64,000 nucleotides of DNA from an uncultured Phycisphaerales bacterium (GTDB lineage: Bacteria > Planctomycetota > Phycisphaerae > Tepidisphaerales > Tepidisphaeraceae). The DNA lies in NCBI GenBank assembly GCA_963758525.1, contig CAVWVQ010000003.1, positions 864,001-928,000 of the forward strand, given 5' to 3'. The notes under the pieces are model-generated. The model was not told the DNA's origin. It saw only the letters and a program-made list of their open reading frames with translations, and did no database searches. Shown in pieces: positions 63,921-64,000 of this stretch (position 1 is the first letter of the stretch; every line of letters starts with the position of its first letter). A program made the position numbers and the translations under genes.

Positions 63921-64000
63921 GCGAGCCTGCCCGCCGCCAAACAATATCCTCCCTTCCTCCCCTTCGTGCCTTCGTGCCTTCGTGCCTCTCCCCTGATCTA

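Noticed and set aside
61988..63940. 650-aa and 363-aa repetitive ORFs over the satellite
   Set aside because: Open frames result from a 45-bp stop-poor period; the long ORF also runs antisense through a real membrane gene and a non-coding repeat

Overview
GC-rich bacterial chromosome segment, most likely Planctomycetota (Phycisphaerae/Tepidisphaerales-like). This is inferred from a prepilin/DUF1559-type protein, two DUF4058 genes and [19 protein letters not shown] zinc-ribbon membrane proteins. The first ~18.5 kb is accessory and decayed: gene fragments (PIN toxin, GH92, Na/Ca antiporter, VKOR, RND permease, DUF4058, RAYT, IS1182), a 5'-truncated group II intron with an intact RT ORF, an Mla-like ABC operon whose ATPase lacks Walker A, and three copies of a ~393-bp non-coding repeat. 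The rest is mostly housekeeping (nrnA, recR, accA, tyrA, tRNA-Cys, infA, cobA-hemD, tatC, ppa, gltA, rsgA, purF, sucA, sucB, rny), with intergenic spaces filled by several 7/8-bp repeat families, REP-like palindromes and two large tandem arrays. Most notable: (1) a transmembrane + RAPP-motif uORF in a ~600-nt structured leader upstream of rny, a candidate force-sensing ribosome-arrest peptide; (2) a modular dispersed non-coding repeat family whose terminal hairpin base is the exact insertion point of the group II intron; (3) a tRNA-Cys with a non-canonical anticodon loop. Many frameshifts, including in sucB, suggest sequencing or assembly indel errors, so pseudogene calls based on frameshifts alone are unreliable. 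All family assignments are by motif recognition; no database searches were run.
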